Of a DNA stretch of 64,000 bases, positions 12,101 to 25,751 are shown in pieces. The notes under the pieces were generated by a model. The model was given only the letters and a program-made list of their open reading frames with translations, did not search any database and had not been told where the DNA came from. Every line of letters begins with the position of its first letter. Within the stretch, counting starts at the first letter, position 1. The translations under genes and the position numbers were made by a program. The DNA is from the human T2T-CHM13v2.0 reference genome, Homo sapiens, in the NCBI RefSeq assembly GCF_009914755.1, contig NC_060948.1; one strand, written 5' to 3'.

Positions 12101-15100
12101 GACTGGAACAAAAAGGAATCAAATGGACAGGAATGGAATGGAATGGACTCGAATGGAATGGAGTCAAATGCAAACGCATCGAATGGAATGGATTCAAATG
12201 GAATGCAATTGAATGGAATAGAAAGGAAGAGAATGGAATTGAGAGTAATGGAAAGATATCGATTGGAATGAAATGAAATGGAAAGGAATTGAATGGAAAG
12301 GAATGGACTTGAAAGAAATGGATTGGAATGGAATGGTCTCCAATGGAATGGACTGGAGTGGAATGGAATCGAATGGAAAGAAAAGAATGGAACGGAATAG
12401 AACGGAAAGGAATAGAATGTTATGGAATCCGATTGGACAGAATGGAATGGAATGCAGTTTCATGAAATGGAGTCGAATAGAGTGGCATCAAAAGGAATGG
12501 AATGGAGTGGACTCAAAAGGAATGGACTCGAAAGGAATGGAGTCGAACCAAATTGAATCAAATGGATTGGAGTCGAACAGAATGGAATGGAATGGAATGA
12601 ACTCGACTGGAGTAGAGAGGAATGAAAAGGAATAGAATGGAATGTAATCAAATGGATTGCAAGTGAATGGAATCAAAAATAATAGAAAGGAATGGAGTGT
12701 AAAGGGATGATATTGAATTAAATGGAATGGAATGGAATTTAATGGAATGGAGTCAAAGGAATGGACAGGAATGTAATGGACTCCAATGGAATGGAATGGA
12801 TCAAAATGGATTTGAACAGATTTTAATGGAACGGAATGGAATGCAATGAAATGGAATGGACTCGATCAGAACGGACTGGAGAGGAATGTACACAAATGGA
12901 ATGGAAACGAATGGAATGGAATGAAATGGAATGGAATGCAATGGAATTGAAAGGAACGGAATCAAATGGAATGGAATGGAATGGAATGGATTGGAATAGA
13001 ATGGATTCAAATAAAATAGAATCGATTGCAATGGTATTGAATGGAAGGGACTTGAATGGAATGGAAAGCAATGGAAGATATTGGAATCGAATGGCATCGA
13101 ATGAAATGGAATGGAACGGAATGGAACGGACCCGAATGGAATGGAATGGAGTCAAATGTAATGGACTCGAATGGAATCGACTGAAATATAATAGACTCGA
13201 AAGGAATGGCCTCGAGCGGAATTTATTTGAATAGAATGGAATCAAATGGAATACAATAGTATGGAATGGAATCGAATGGAATGGAATCGAATGGAATGTA
13301 ATCAAATGGAATGGAACGGAATTCAATATAATGGAGTAGAATAGAATGCATTGGAAAGGAGCAGAGTGGAAGCGAGTGGATTGGAATCGAGTGGAATGGA
13401 ATCAAAGGGAACGAAATCGAATTGAACGGACTTGAATGGAATTGAGTCGAAAGGAATTGACTCGAAAGGAATGGACTGGAACAAAAAGGAATCAAATGGA
13501 CAGGAATGGAATGGAATGGACTCGAATGGAATGGAGTCAAATGCAAACGCATCGAATAGAATGGATTCAAATGGAATGCAATTGAATGGAATATAAAGGA
13601 AGAGAATGGAATTGAGAGTAATGGAAAGATATCGATTGGAATGAAATGGAATGGAAAGGAATTGAATGGAAAGGAATGGACTCGAAAGAAATGGATTGGA
13701 ATGGAATGGTCTCCAATGGAATGGACTGGAGTGGAATGGAATCGAATGGAAAGAAAAGAATGGAACGGAATGGAACGGAAAGGAATAGAATGTTATGGAA
13801 TCCGATTGGACAGAATGGAATGGAATGCAGTTTCATGAAATGGAGTCGAATAGAGTGGCATCAAAAGGAATGGAATGGAGTGGACTCAAAATGAATGGAC
13901 TCGAAAGGAATGGAGTCGAACCAAATTGAATCAAATGGATTGGAGTCGAACAGAATGGAATGGAATGGAATGAACTCGACTGGAGTAGAGAGGAATGAAA
14001 AGGAATAGAATGGAATGTAATCAAATGGATTGCAAGTGAATGGAATCAAAAATAATAGAAAGGAATGGAGTGTAAAGGGATGATATTGAATTAAATGGAA
14101 TGGAATGGAATTTAATGGAATGGAGTCGAAGGAATGGACAGGAATGTAATGGACTCCAATGGAATGGAATGGATCAAAATGGATTTGAACAGATTGGAAT
14201 GGAACGGAATGGAATGCAATTAAATGGAATGGACTCGATCAGAACGGACTGGAGAGGAATGTACACAAATGGAATGGAAACGAATGGAATGGAATGAAAT
14301 GGAATGGAATGCAATGGAATTGAAAGGAACGGAATCAAATGGAATGGAATGGAATGGAATGGATTGGAATAGAATGGATTCAAATAAAATAGAATCGATT
14401 GCAATGGTATTGAATGGAAGGGACTTGAATGGAATGGAAAGCAATGGAAGATATTGGAATCGAATGGCATCGAATGAAATGGAATGGAACGGAGTGGAAC
14501 GGACCCGAATGGAATGGAATGGACTCAAATGTAATGGACTCGAATGGAATCGACTGAAATATAATAGACTCGAAAGGAATGGCCTCGAGCGGAATTTATT
14601 TAAATTGAATGGAATCAAATGGAATACAATAGTATGGAATGGAATCGAATGGAATGGAATCGAATGGAATGTAATCAAATGGAATGGAACGGAATTCAAT
14701 ATAATGGAGTAGAATGGAATGCATTGGAAAGGAGCAGAGTGGAATCGAGTGGATTGGAATCTAGTGGAATGGAATCAAAGGGAACGAAATCGAATTGAAT
14801 GGACTTGAATGGAATTGAGTCGAAAGGAATTGACTCGAAAGGCATGGACTGGAACAAAAAGGAATCAAATGGACAGGAATGGAATGGAATGGACTCGAAT
14901 GGAATGGAGTCAAATGCAAACGCATCGAATGGAATGGATTCAAAGGGAATACAATTGAATGGAATAGAAAGTAAGAGAATGGAATTGAGAGTAATGGAAA
15001 GATATCGATTGGAATGAAATGGAATGGAAAGGAATTGAATGGAAAGGAATGGACTCCAAAGAAATGGGTTGGAAAGGAATGGTCTCCAATGGAATGGACT

Positions 15101-18100
15101 GGAGTGGAATGGAATCGAATGGAATGAAAAGAATGGAACGGAATGGAACGGAAAGGAATAGAATGTTATGGAATCCGATTGGACAGAATGGAATGGAATG
15201 CAGTTTCATGAAATGGGGTCAAATAGAGTGGCATCAAAAGGAATGGAATGGAGTGGACTCAAGAGGAATGGACTCGAAAAGAATGGAGTCGAACCAAATT
15301 GAATCAAATGGATTGGAGTCGAACAGAATGGAATGGAATGGAATGAGCTCGACTGGAGTAGAGAGGAATGAAAAGGAATAGAATGGAATGTAATCAAATG
15401 GATTGCAAGTGAATGGAATCAAAAATAATAGAAAGCAATGGAGTGTAAAGGGATGATATTGAATTAAATGGAAGGGAATGGAATTTAATGGAATGGAGTC
15501 GAAGGAATGGACAGGAATGTAATGGACTCCAATGGAATGGAATGGATGAAAACGGATTTGAACAGATTGGAATAGAACGGAATGGAATGCAATGAAATGG
15601 AATGGACTCGATCAGAACGGACTGGAGAGGAATGTACACAAATGGAATGGAAACGAATGGAATGCAATGAAATGGAATGGAATGCAATGGAATTGAAAGG
15701 AACGGAATCAAATGGAATGGAATGGAATGGAATGGAATGGATTGGAATAGAATGAATTCAAATAAAATAGAATCGATTGCAATGGTATTGAATGGAAGGG
15801 ACTTGAATGGAATGGAAAGCAATGGAAGATATTGGAATCGAATGGCATCGAATGAAATGGAATGGAACGGAATGGAACGGACCGGAATGGAATGGAATGG
15901 ACTCAAATGTAATGGACTCGAATGGAATCGACTGAAATATAATAGACTCGAAAGGAATGGCCTCGAGCGGAATTTATTTGAATTGAATGGAATCAAATGG
16001 AATACAATAGTATGGAATGGAATCGAATGGAATGGAATCGAATGGAATGTAATCAAATGGAATGGAACGGAATTCAATATAATGGAGTAGAATGGAATGC
16101 ATTGGAAAGGAGCAGAGAGGAATCGAGTGGATTGGAATCGAGTGGAATGGAATCAAAGGGAACGAAATCGAATTGAATGGACTTGAATGGAATTGAGTCG
16201 AAAGGAATTGACTCGAAAGGCATGGACTGGAACAAAAAGGAATCAAATGGACAGGAATGGAATGGAATGGACTCGAATGGAATGGAGTCAAATGCAAACG
16301 CATCGAATGGAATGGATTCAAATGGAATGCAATTGAATGGAATAGAAAGGAAGAGAATGGAATTGAGAGTAATGGAAAGATATCGATTGGAATGAAATGG
16401 AATGGAAAGGAATTGAATGGAAAGGAATGGACTCGAAAGAAATGGATTGGAATGGAATGGTCTCCAATGGAATGGACTGGAGTGGAATGGAATCGAATGG
16501 AAAGAAAAGAATGGAACGGAATGGAACGGAAAGGAATAGAATGTTATGGAATCCGATTGGACAGAATGGAATGGAATGCAGTTTCATGAAATGGAGTCGA
16601 ATAGAGTGGCATCAAAAGGAATGGAATGGAGTGGACTCAAAAGGAATGGACTCGAAAGGAATGGGGTCGAACCAAATTGAATCAAATGGATTGGAGTCGA
16701 ACAGAATGGAATGGAATGGAATGAACTCGACTGGAGTAGAGAGGAATGAAAAGAAATAGAATGGAATGTAATCAAATGGATTGCAAGTGAATGGAATCAA
16801 AAATAATAGAAAGGAATGGAGTGTAAAGGGATGATATTGAATTAAATGGAATGGAATGGAATTTAATGGAATGGAGTCGAAGGAATGGACAGGAATGTAA
16901 TGGACTCCAATGGAATGGAATGGATCAAAATGGATTTGAACAGATTGGAATGGAACGGAATGGAATGCAATGAAATGGAATGGACTCGATCAGAACGGAC
17001 TGGAGAGGAATGTACACAAATGGAATGGAAACGAATGGAATGGAATGAAATGGAATGGAATGCAATGGAATTGAAAGGAACGGAATCAAATGGAATGGAA
17101 TGGAATGGAATGGATTGGAATAGAATGGATTCAAATATAATAGAATCGATTGCAATGGTATTGAATGGAAGGGACTTGAATGGAATGGAAAGCAATGGAA
17201 GATATTGGAATCGAATGGCATCGAATGAAATGGAATGGAACGGAATGGAACGGACCGGAATGGAATGGAATGGACTCAAATGTAATGGACTCGAATGGAA
17301 TCGACTGAAATATAATAGACTCGAAAGGAATGGCCTCGAGCGGAATTTATTTGAATAGAATGGAATCAAATGGAATACAATAGTATGGAAGGGAATCGAA
17401 TGGAATGGAATCGAATGGAATGTAATCAAATGGAATGGAACGGAATTCAATATAATGGAGTAGAATGGAATGCATTGGAAAGGAGCAGAGTGGAATCGAG
17501 TGGATTGGAATCGAGTGGAATGGAATCAAAGTTAACGAAATCGGATTGAATGGACTTGAATGGAATTTAGTCGAAAGGAATTGACTCGAAAGGCATGGAC
17601 TGGAACAAAAAGGAATCAAATGGACAGGAATGGAATGGAATGGACTCGGATAGAATGGAATCAAATGCAAACGCATCCAATGGAATGGATTCCAATGGAA
17701 TGCAATTGAATGGAATAGAAAGGAAGAGAATGGAATTGAGAGTAATGGAAAGATACCGTTTGGAATGAAATGGAATGGAAAGGAATTGAATGGAAAGGAA
17801 TGGACTCGAAAGAAATGGATTGGAATGGAATGGTCTCCAATGGAATGGACTGGAGTGGAATGCAATCGAATGGAAAGAAAAGAATGGAATGGAATGGAAC
17901 GGAAAGGAATAGAATGTTATGGAATCCGATTGGACAGAATGGAATGGAGTGCAGTTTCATGAAATGGAGTCGAATAGAGTGGCATCAAAAGGAATGGAAT
18001 GGAGTGGACTCAAAAGGAATGGACTCGAAAGGAATGGAGTCGAACCAAATTGAATCAAATGGATTGGAGTCGAACAGAATGGAATGGAATGGAATGAACT

Positions 18101-20439
18101 CGACTGGAGTAGAGAGGAATGAAAAGGAATAGAATGGAATGTAATCAAATGGATTGCAAGTGAATGGAATCAAAATTAATAGAAACGAATGGAGTGTAAA
18201 GGGATGATATTGAATTAAATGGAATGGAATGGAATTTAATGGAATGGAGTCGAAGGAATGGACAGGAATGTAATGGACTCCAATGGAATGGAATGGATCA
18301 AAATGGATTGGAACAGATTGGAATGGAACGGAATGGAATGCAATGAAATGGAATGGACTCGATCAAAACAGACTGGAGAGGAATGTACACAAATGGAATG
18401 GAAACGAATGGAATGGAATGAAATGGAATGGAATGGAATGCAATGGAATTGAAAGGAACGGAATCAAATGGAATGGAATGGAAGGGATTGGAATACAATG
18501 GATTCAAATAAAATAGAATCGATTGCAATGGTATTGAATGGAAGGGACTTGAATGGAATGGAAAGCAACGGAAGATATTGGAATCGAATGGCATCGAATG
18601 AAATGTAATGGAACGGAATGGAACGGACCGGAATAGAATGGAATGGACTCAAATGTTATGGACTCGAATGGAATCGACTGAAATATAATAGACTCGATAG
18701 GATTGGCCTCGAGCGGAATTTATTTGAATAGAATGGAATCAAATGGAATACAATAGTATGGAATGGAATCGAATGGAATGGAATCGAATGGAATGTAATG
18801 AAATGGAATGGAACGGAATTCAATATAATGGAGTAGAATGGAATGCATTGGAAAGGAGCAGAGTGGAATCGAGTGGATTGGAATCGAGTGGAATGGAATC
18901 AAAGGGAACGAAATCGAATTGAATGGACTTGAATGGAATTGAGTCGAAAGGAATTGACTCGAAAGGAATGGACTGGAACAAAAAGGAATCAAATGGACAG
19001 GAATGGAATGGAATGGACTCGAATGGAATGGAGTCAAATGCAAACGCATCGAATGGAATGGATTCAAATGGAATGCAATTGAATGGAATAGAAAGGAAGA
19101 GAATGGAATTGAGAGTAATGGAAAGATATCGATTGGAATGAAATGAAATGGAAAGGAATTGAATGGAAAGGAATGGACTCGAAAGAAATGGATTGGAATG
19201 GAATGGTCTCCAATGGAATGGACTGGAGTGGAATGGAATCGAATGGAAAGAAAAGAATGGAACTGAATGGAACGGAAAGGAATAGAATGTTATGGAATCC
19301 GATTGGACAGAATGGAATGGAATGCAGTTTCATGAAATGGAGTCGAATAGAGTGGCATCAAAAGGAATGGAATGGAGTGGACTCAAAATGAATGGACTCG
19401 AAAGGAATGGAGTCGAACCAAATTGAATCAAATGGATTGGAGTCGAACAGAATGGAATGGAATGGAATGAACTCGACTGGAGTAGAGAGGAATGAAAAGG
19501 AATAGAATGGAATGTAATCAAATGGATTGCAAGTGAATGGAATCAAAAATAATAGAAAGGAATGGAGTGTAAAGGGATGATATTGAATTAAATGGAATGG
19601 AATGGAATTTAATGGAATGGAGTCGAAGGAATGGACAGGAATGTAATGGACTCCAATGGAATGGAATGGATCAAAATGGATTTGAACAGATTGGAATGGA
19701 ACGGAATGGAATGCAATGAAATGGAATGGACTCGATCAGAACGGACTGGAGAGGAATGTACACAAATGGAATGGAAACGAATGGAATGGAATGAAATGGA
19801 ATGGAATGCAATGGAATTGAAAGGAACGGAATCAAATGGAATGGAATGGAATGGAATGGAATGGAATAGAATGGATTCAAATAAAATAGAATCGATTGCA
19901 ATGGTATTGAATGGAAGGGACGTGAATGGAATGGAAAGCAATGGAAGATATTGGAATCGAATGGCATCGAATGAAATGGAATGGAACGGAATGGAACGGA
20001 CCCGAATGGAATGGAATGGACTCAAATGTAATGGACTCGAATGGAATCGACTGAAATATAATAGACTCGAAAGGAATGGCCTCCAGCGGAATTTATTTGA
20101 ATTGAATGGAATCAAATGGAATACAATAGTATGGAATGGAATCGAATGGAATGGAATCGAATGGAATGTAATCAAATGGAATGGAACGGAATTCAATATA
20201 ATGGAGTAGAATGGAATGCATTGGAAAGGAGCAGAGTGGAATCGAGTGGATTGGAATCTAGTGGAATGGAATCAAAGGGAACGAAATCGAATTGAATGGA
20301 CTTGAATGGAATTGAGTCGAAAGGAATTGACTCGAAAGGCATGGACTGGAACAAAAAGGAATCAAATGGACAGGAATGGAATGGAATGGACTCGAATGGA
20401 ATGGAGTCAAATGCAAACGCATCGAATGGAATGGATTCA

Positions 20440-23400
20440 AAGGGAATGCAATTGAATGGAATAGAATGTAAGAGAATGGAATTGAGAGTAATGGAAAGAT
20501 ATCGATTGGAATGAAATGGAATGGAAAGGAATTGAATGGAAAGGAATGGACTCGAAAGAAATAGGTTGGAATGGAATGGTCTCCAATGGAATGGACTGGA
20601 GTGGAATGGAATCGAATGGAATGAAAAGAATGGAACGGAATGGAACGGAAAGGATTAGAATGTTATGGATTCCGATTGGACAGAATGGAATGGAATGCAG
20701 TTTCATGAAATGGAGTCAAATAGAGTGGCATCAAAAGGAATGGAATGGAGTGGAATCAAGAGGAATGGACTCGAAAGGAATGGAGTCGAACCAAATTGAA
20801 TCAAATGGATTGGAGTCGAACAGAATGGAATGGAATGGAATGAACTCGACTGGAGTAGAGAGGAATGAAAAGGAATAGAATGGAATGTAATCAAATGGAT
20901 TGCAAGTGAATGGAATCAAAAATAATAGAAAGCAATGGAGTGTAAAGGGATGATATTGAATTAAATGGAATGGAATGTAATGGAATTTAATGGAATGGAG
21001 TCGAAGGAATGGACAGGAATGTAATGGACTCCAATGGAATGGAATGGATGAAAACGGATTTGAAAAGATTGGAATAGAACGGAATGGAATGCAATGAAAT
21101 GGAATGGACTCGATCAGAACGGACTGGAGAGGAATGTACACAAATGGAATGGAAACGAATGGAATGCAATGAAATGGAATGGAATGCAATGGAATTGAAA
21201 GGAACGGAATCAAGTGGAATGGAATGGAATGGAATGGAATGGATTGGAATAGAATGAATTCAAATAAAATAGAATCGATTGCAATGGTATTGAATGGAAG
21301 GGACTTGAATGGAATGGAAAGCAATGGAAGATATTGGAATCGAATGGCATCGAATGAAATGGAATGGAACGGAATGGAACGGACCCGAATGGAATGGAAT
21401 GGACTCAAATGTAATGGACTCGAATGGAATCGACTGAAATATAATAGACTCGAAAGGAATGGCCTCTAGCGGAATTTATTTGAATAGAATGGAATCAAAT
21501 GGAATACAATAGTATGGAATGGAATCGAATGGAATGGAATCGAATGGAATGTAATCAAATGGAATGGAATGGAATTCAATATAATGGAGTAGAATGGAAT
21601 GCATTGGAAAGGAGCAGAGTGGAATCGAGTGGATTGGAATCGAGTGGAATGGAATCAAAGGGAACGAAATCGGATTGAATGGACTTGAATGGAATTGAGT
21701 CGAAAGGAATTGACTTGAAAGGAATGGACTGGAACAAAAAGGAATCAAATGGACAGGAATGGAATGGAATGGACTCGGATGGAATGGAGTCAAATGCAAA
21801 CGCATCCAATGGAATGGATTCAAATGGAATGCAATTGAATGGAATAGAAAGGAAGAGAATGGAATTGAGAGTAATGGAAAGATATCGTTTGGAATGAAAT
21901 GGAATGGAAAGGAATTGAATGGAAAGGAATGAACTCGAAAGAAATGGATTGGAATGGAATGGTCTCCAATGGAATGGACTGGAGTGGAATGCAATCGAAT
22001 GGAAAGAAAAGAATGGAACGGAATGGAACGGAAAGGAATAGAATGTTATGGAATCCGATTGGACAGAATGGAATGGAATGCAGTTTCATGAAATGGAGTC
22101 GAATAGAGTGGCATGAAAAGGAATGGAATGGAGTGGACTCAAAAGGAATGGACTCGAAAGGAATGGAGTCGAAACAAATTGAATCAAATGGATTGGAGTC
22201 GAACAGAATGGAATGGAATGGAATGAACTCGACTGGAGTAGAGAGGAATGAAAAGGAATAGAATGGAATGTAATCAAATGGATTGCAAGTGAATGGAATC
22301 AAAAATAATAGAAACGAATGGAGTGTAAAGTGATGATATTGAATTAAATGGAATGGAATGGAATTTAATGGAATGGAGTCGAAGGAATGGACAGGAATGT
22401 AATGGACTCCAATGGAATGGAATGGATCAAGATGGATTGGAACAGATTAGAATGGAACGGAATGGAATGCAATGAAATGGAATGGACTCGATCAAAACAG
22501 ACTGGAGAGGAATGTACACAAATGGAATGGAAACGAATGGAATGGAATGAAATGGAATGGAATGGAATGCAATGGAATTGAAAGGAACGGAATCAAATGG
22601 AATGGAATGGAAGGGATTGGAATACAATGGATTCAAATAAAATAGAATCGATTGCAATGGTATTGAATGGAAGGGACTTGAATGGAATTGAAAGCAACGG
22701 AAGATATTGGAATCGAATGGCATCGAATGAAATGGAATTGAACGGAATGGACCGGACCGGAATAGAATGGAATGGACTCAAATGTAATGGACTCGAAAGG
22801 AATCGACTGAAATATAATAGACTCGAAAGGATTGGCCTCGAGCGGAATTTGTTTGAATAGAATGGAATCAAATGGAATACAATAGTATGGAATGGAATCG
22901 AATGGAATGGAATCGAATGGAATGTAATGAAATGGAATGGAACGGAATTCAATATAATGGAGTAGAATGGAATGCATTGGAAAGGAGCAGAGTGGAATCG
23001 AGTGGATTGGAATCGAGTGGAATGGAATCAAAGGGAACGAAATCGAATTGAATGGACTTGAATGGAATTGAGTCGAAAGGAATTGACTCGAAAGGAATGG
23101 ACTGGAACAAAAAGGAATCAAATGGACGGGAATGGAATGGAATGGACTCGAATGGAATGGAGTCAAATGCAAACGCATCGAATGGAATGGATTCAAATGG
23201 AATGCAATTGAATGGAATAGAAAGGAAGAGAATGGAATTGAGAGTAATGGAAAGATATCGATTGAAATGAAATGAAATGGAAAGGAATTGAATGGAAAGG
23301 AATGGACTCGAAAGAAATGGATTGGAATGGAATGGTCTCCAATGGAATGGAATGGAGTGGAATGGAATCGAATGGAAAGAAAAGAATGGAACGGAATGGA

Positions 23401-25751
23401 ACGGAAAGGAATAGAATGTTATGGAATCCGATTGGACAGAATGGAATGGAATGCAGTTTCATGAAATGGAGTCGAATAGAGTGGCATGAAAAGGAATGGA
23501 ATGGAGTGGACTCAAAAGGAATGGACTCGAAAGGAATGGAGTCGAACCAAATTGAATCAAATGGATTGGAGTCGAACAGAATGGAATGGAATGGAATGAA
23601 CTCGACTGGAGTAGAGAGGAATGAAAAGGAATAGAATGGAATGTAATCAAATGGATTGCAAGTGAATGGAATCAAAAATAATAGAAAGGAATGGAGTGTA
23701 AAGGGATGATATTGAATTAAATGGAATGGTATGGAATTTAATGGAATGGAGTCGAAGGAATGGACAGGAATGTAATGGACTCCAATGGAATGGAATGGAT
23801 CAAAATGGATTTGTACAGATTGGAATCGAACGGAATGGAATACAATGAAATGGAATGGATTCGATCAGAGCGGCCTGGAGAGGAATGTACATAAATGGAA
23901 TGGAAACGGAAGGAATGGAATGAAATGGAATGGAATGCAGTGGAATTGAAAGGAACGGAATCAAATGGAATGGAATGGAATGGAATGGAATGGAATGGAT
24001 TGGAATAGAATGGATTCAAATAAAATAGAATCGATTGCAATGGTATTGAATGGAAGGGACTTGAATGGAATGGAAAGCAATGGAAGATATTGGAATCGAA
24101 TGGAATCGAATGGAATGTAATCAAATGGAATGGAACGGAATTCAATATAATGGAGTAGAATGGAATGCATTGGAAAGGAACATAGTGGAATCGAGTGGAT
24201 TGGAATCGAGTGGAATGGAATCAAAGGGAACGAAATCGAATTGAATGGACTTGAATGGAAGTGAGTCGAAAGGAATTGACTCGAAAGGAATGGACTGCAA
24301 CAAAAAGGAATCAAATGGAGAGGAATGGAATGGAATGGACTCGAATGGAATGGAGTCAAATGCAAACGCATCCAATGGAATGGATTCAAATGGAATGCAA
24401 TTGAATGGAATAGAAAGGAAGAGAATGGAATTGAGAGTAATGGAAAGATATCGATTGGAATGAAATGGAATGGAAAGGAATTGAATGGAAAGGAATGGAC
24501 TCGAAAGAAATGGATTGGAATGGAATGGTCTCCAATGGAATGGACTGGAGTGGAATGCAATCGAATGGAAAGAAAAGAATGGAACGGAGAGGAATAGAAT
24601 GTTATGGAATCCGATGGAACAGAATGGAATGGAATGCAGTTTCATGAAATGGAGTCGAATAGAGTGACATCAAAAGGAATGGAATGGAGTGGACTCAAAA
24701 GGAATGGAGTCGAAAGGAATGGAGTCGAACCAAATTGAATCAAATGGATTGGAGTCGAAAAGAATGGAAAGGAATGGAATGAACTCGACTGGAGTAGAGA
24801 GGAATGAAAAGGAATAGAATGGAATGTTATCAAATGGATTGCAAGTGAATGGAATAAAAAATAATAGAAAGGAATGGAGTGTAAAGGGATGATATTGAAT
24901 TAAATGGAATGGAATGGAATTTAATGGAATGGAGTCGAAGGAATGGACAGGAATGTAATGGACTCCAATGGAATGGAATGGATCAAAATGGATTTGAACA
25001 GATTGGAATGGAACGGAATGGAATGCAATGAAATGGAATGGACTCGATCAGAACGGACTGGAGAGGAATGTACACAAATGGAATGGAAACGAATGGAATG
25101 GAATGAAATGGAATGGAATGCAATGGAATTGAAAGGAACGGAATCAAATGGAATGGAATGGAATGGAATGGATTGGAATAGAATGGATTCAAATAAAATA
25201 GAATCGATTGCAATGGTATTGAATGGAAGGGACTTGAATGGAATGGAAAGCAATGGAAGATATTGGAATCGAATGGCATCGAATGAAATGGAATGGAACG
25301 GAATGGAACGGACCCGAATGGAATGGAATGGACTCAAATGTAATGGACTCGAATGGAATAGAAGGAAATATAATAGACTCGAAAGGAATGGCCTCGAGCG
25401 GAATTTATTTGAATAGAATGGAATCAAATGGAATACAATAGTATGGAATGGAATCGAATGGAATGGAATCGAATGGAATGTAATCAAATGGAATGGAACG
25501 GAATTCAAAATAATGGAGTAGAATGGAATGCATTGGAAAGGAGCAGAGTGGAATCGAGTGTATTGGAATCGAGTGGAATGGAATCAAAGGGAACGAAATC
25601 CAATTGAATGGACTTGAATGCAATTTAGTCGAAAGGAATTGACTCAAAAGGAATGGACTGGAACAAAAAGGAATCAAATGGACAGGAATGGAATGGAATG
25701 GACTCGAATGGAATGGAGTCAAATGCAAACGCATCGAATGGAATGGATTCA
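20440..25751 (+). repeat. 5,312 bp four-unit block, copy 1 (1383+1373+1183+1373)
   Basis: Rare variants recur exactly 5,312 bp downstream: ATAGAATGTAAG, ATAGGTTGG, AGGATTAGAA, GGCCTCTAGC, TTGTACAGAT, the 190 bp deletion, GAATAGAAGGAAATA. The ORF track repeats with the same offset (20437/25749, 23738/29050). Confidence 0.93.
23459..24641 (+). repeat. Truncated 1,183 bp unit (190 bp internal deletion near 24100, 10 bp deletion near 24585, +10 bp in the variable tract)
   Basis: GATATTGGAATCGAA joins directly to TGGAATCGAATGGAATGTAATC, skipping the segment equivalent to 691-880 of unit 1, including the XhoI landmark. Confidence 0.92.
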
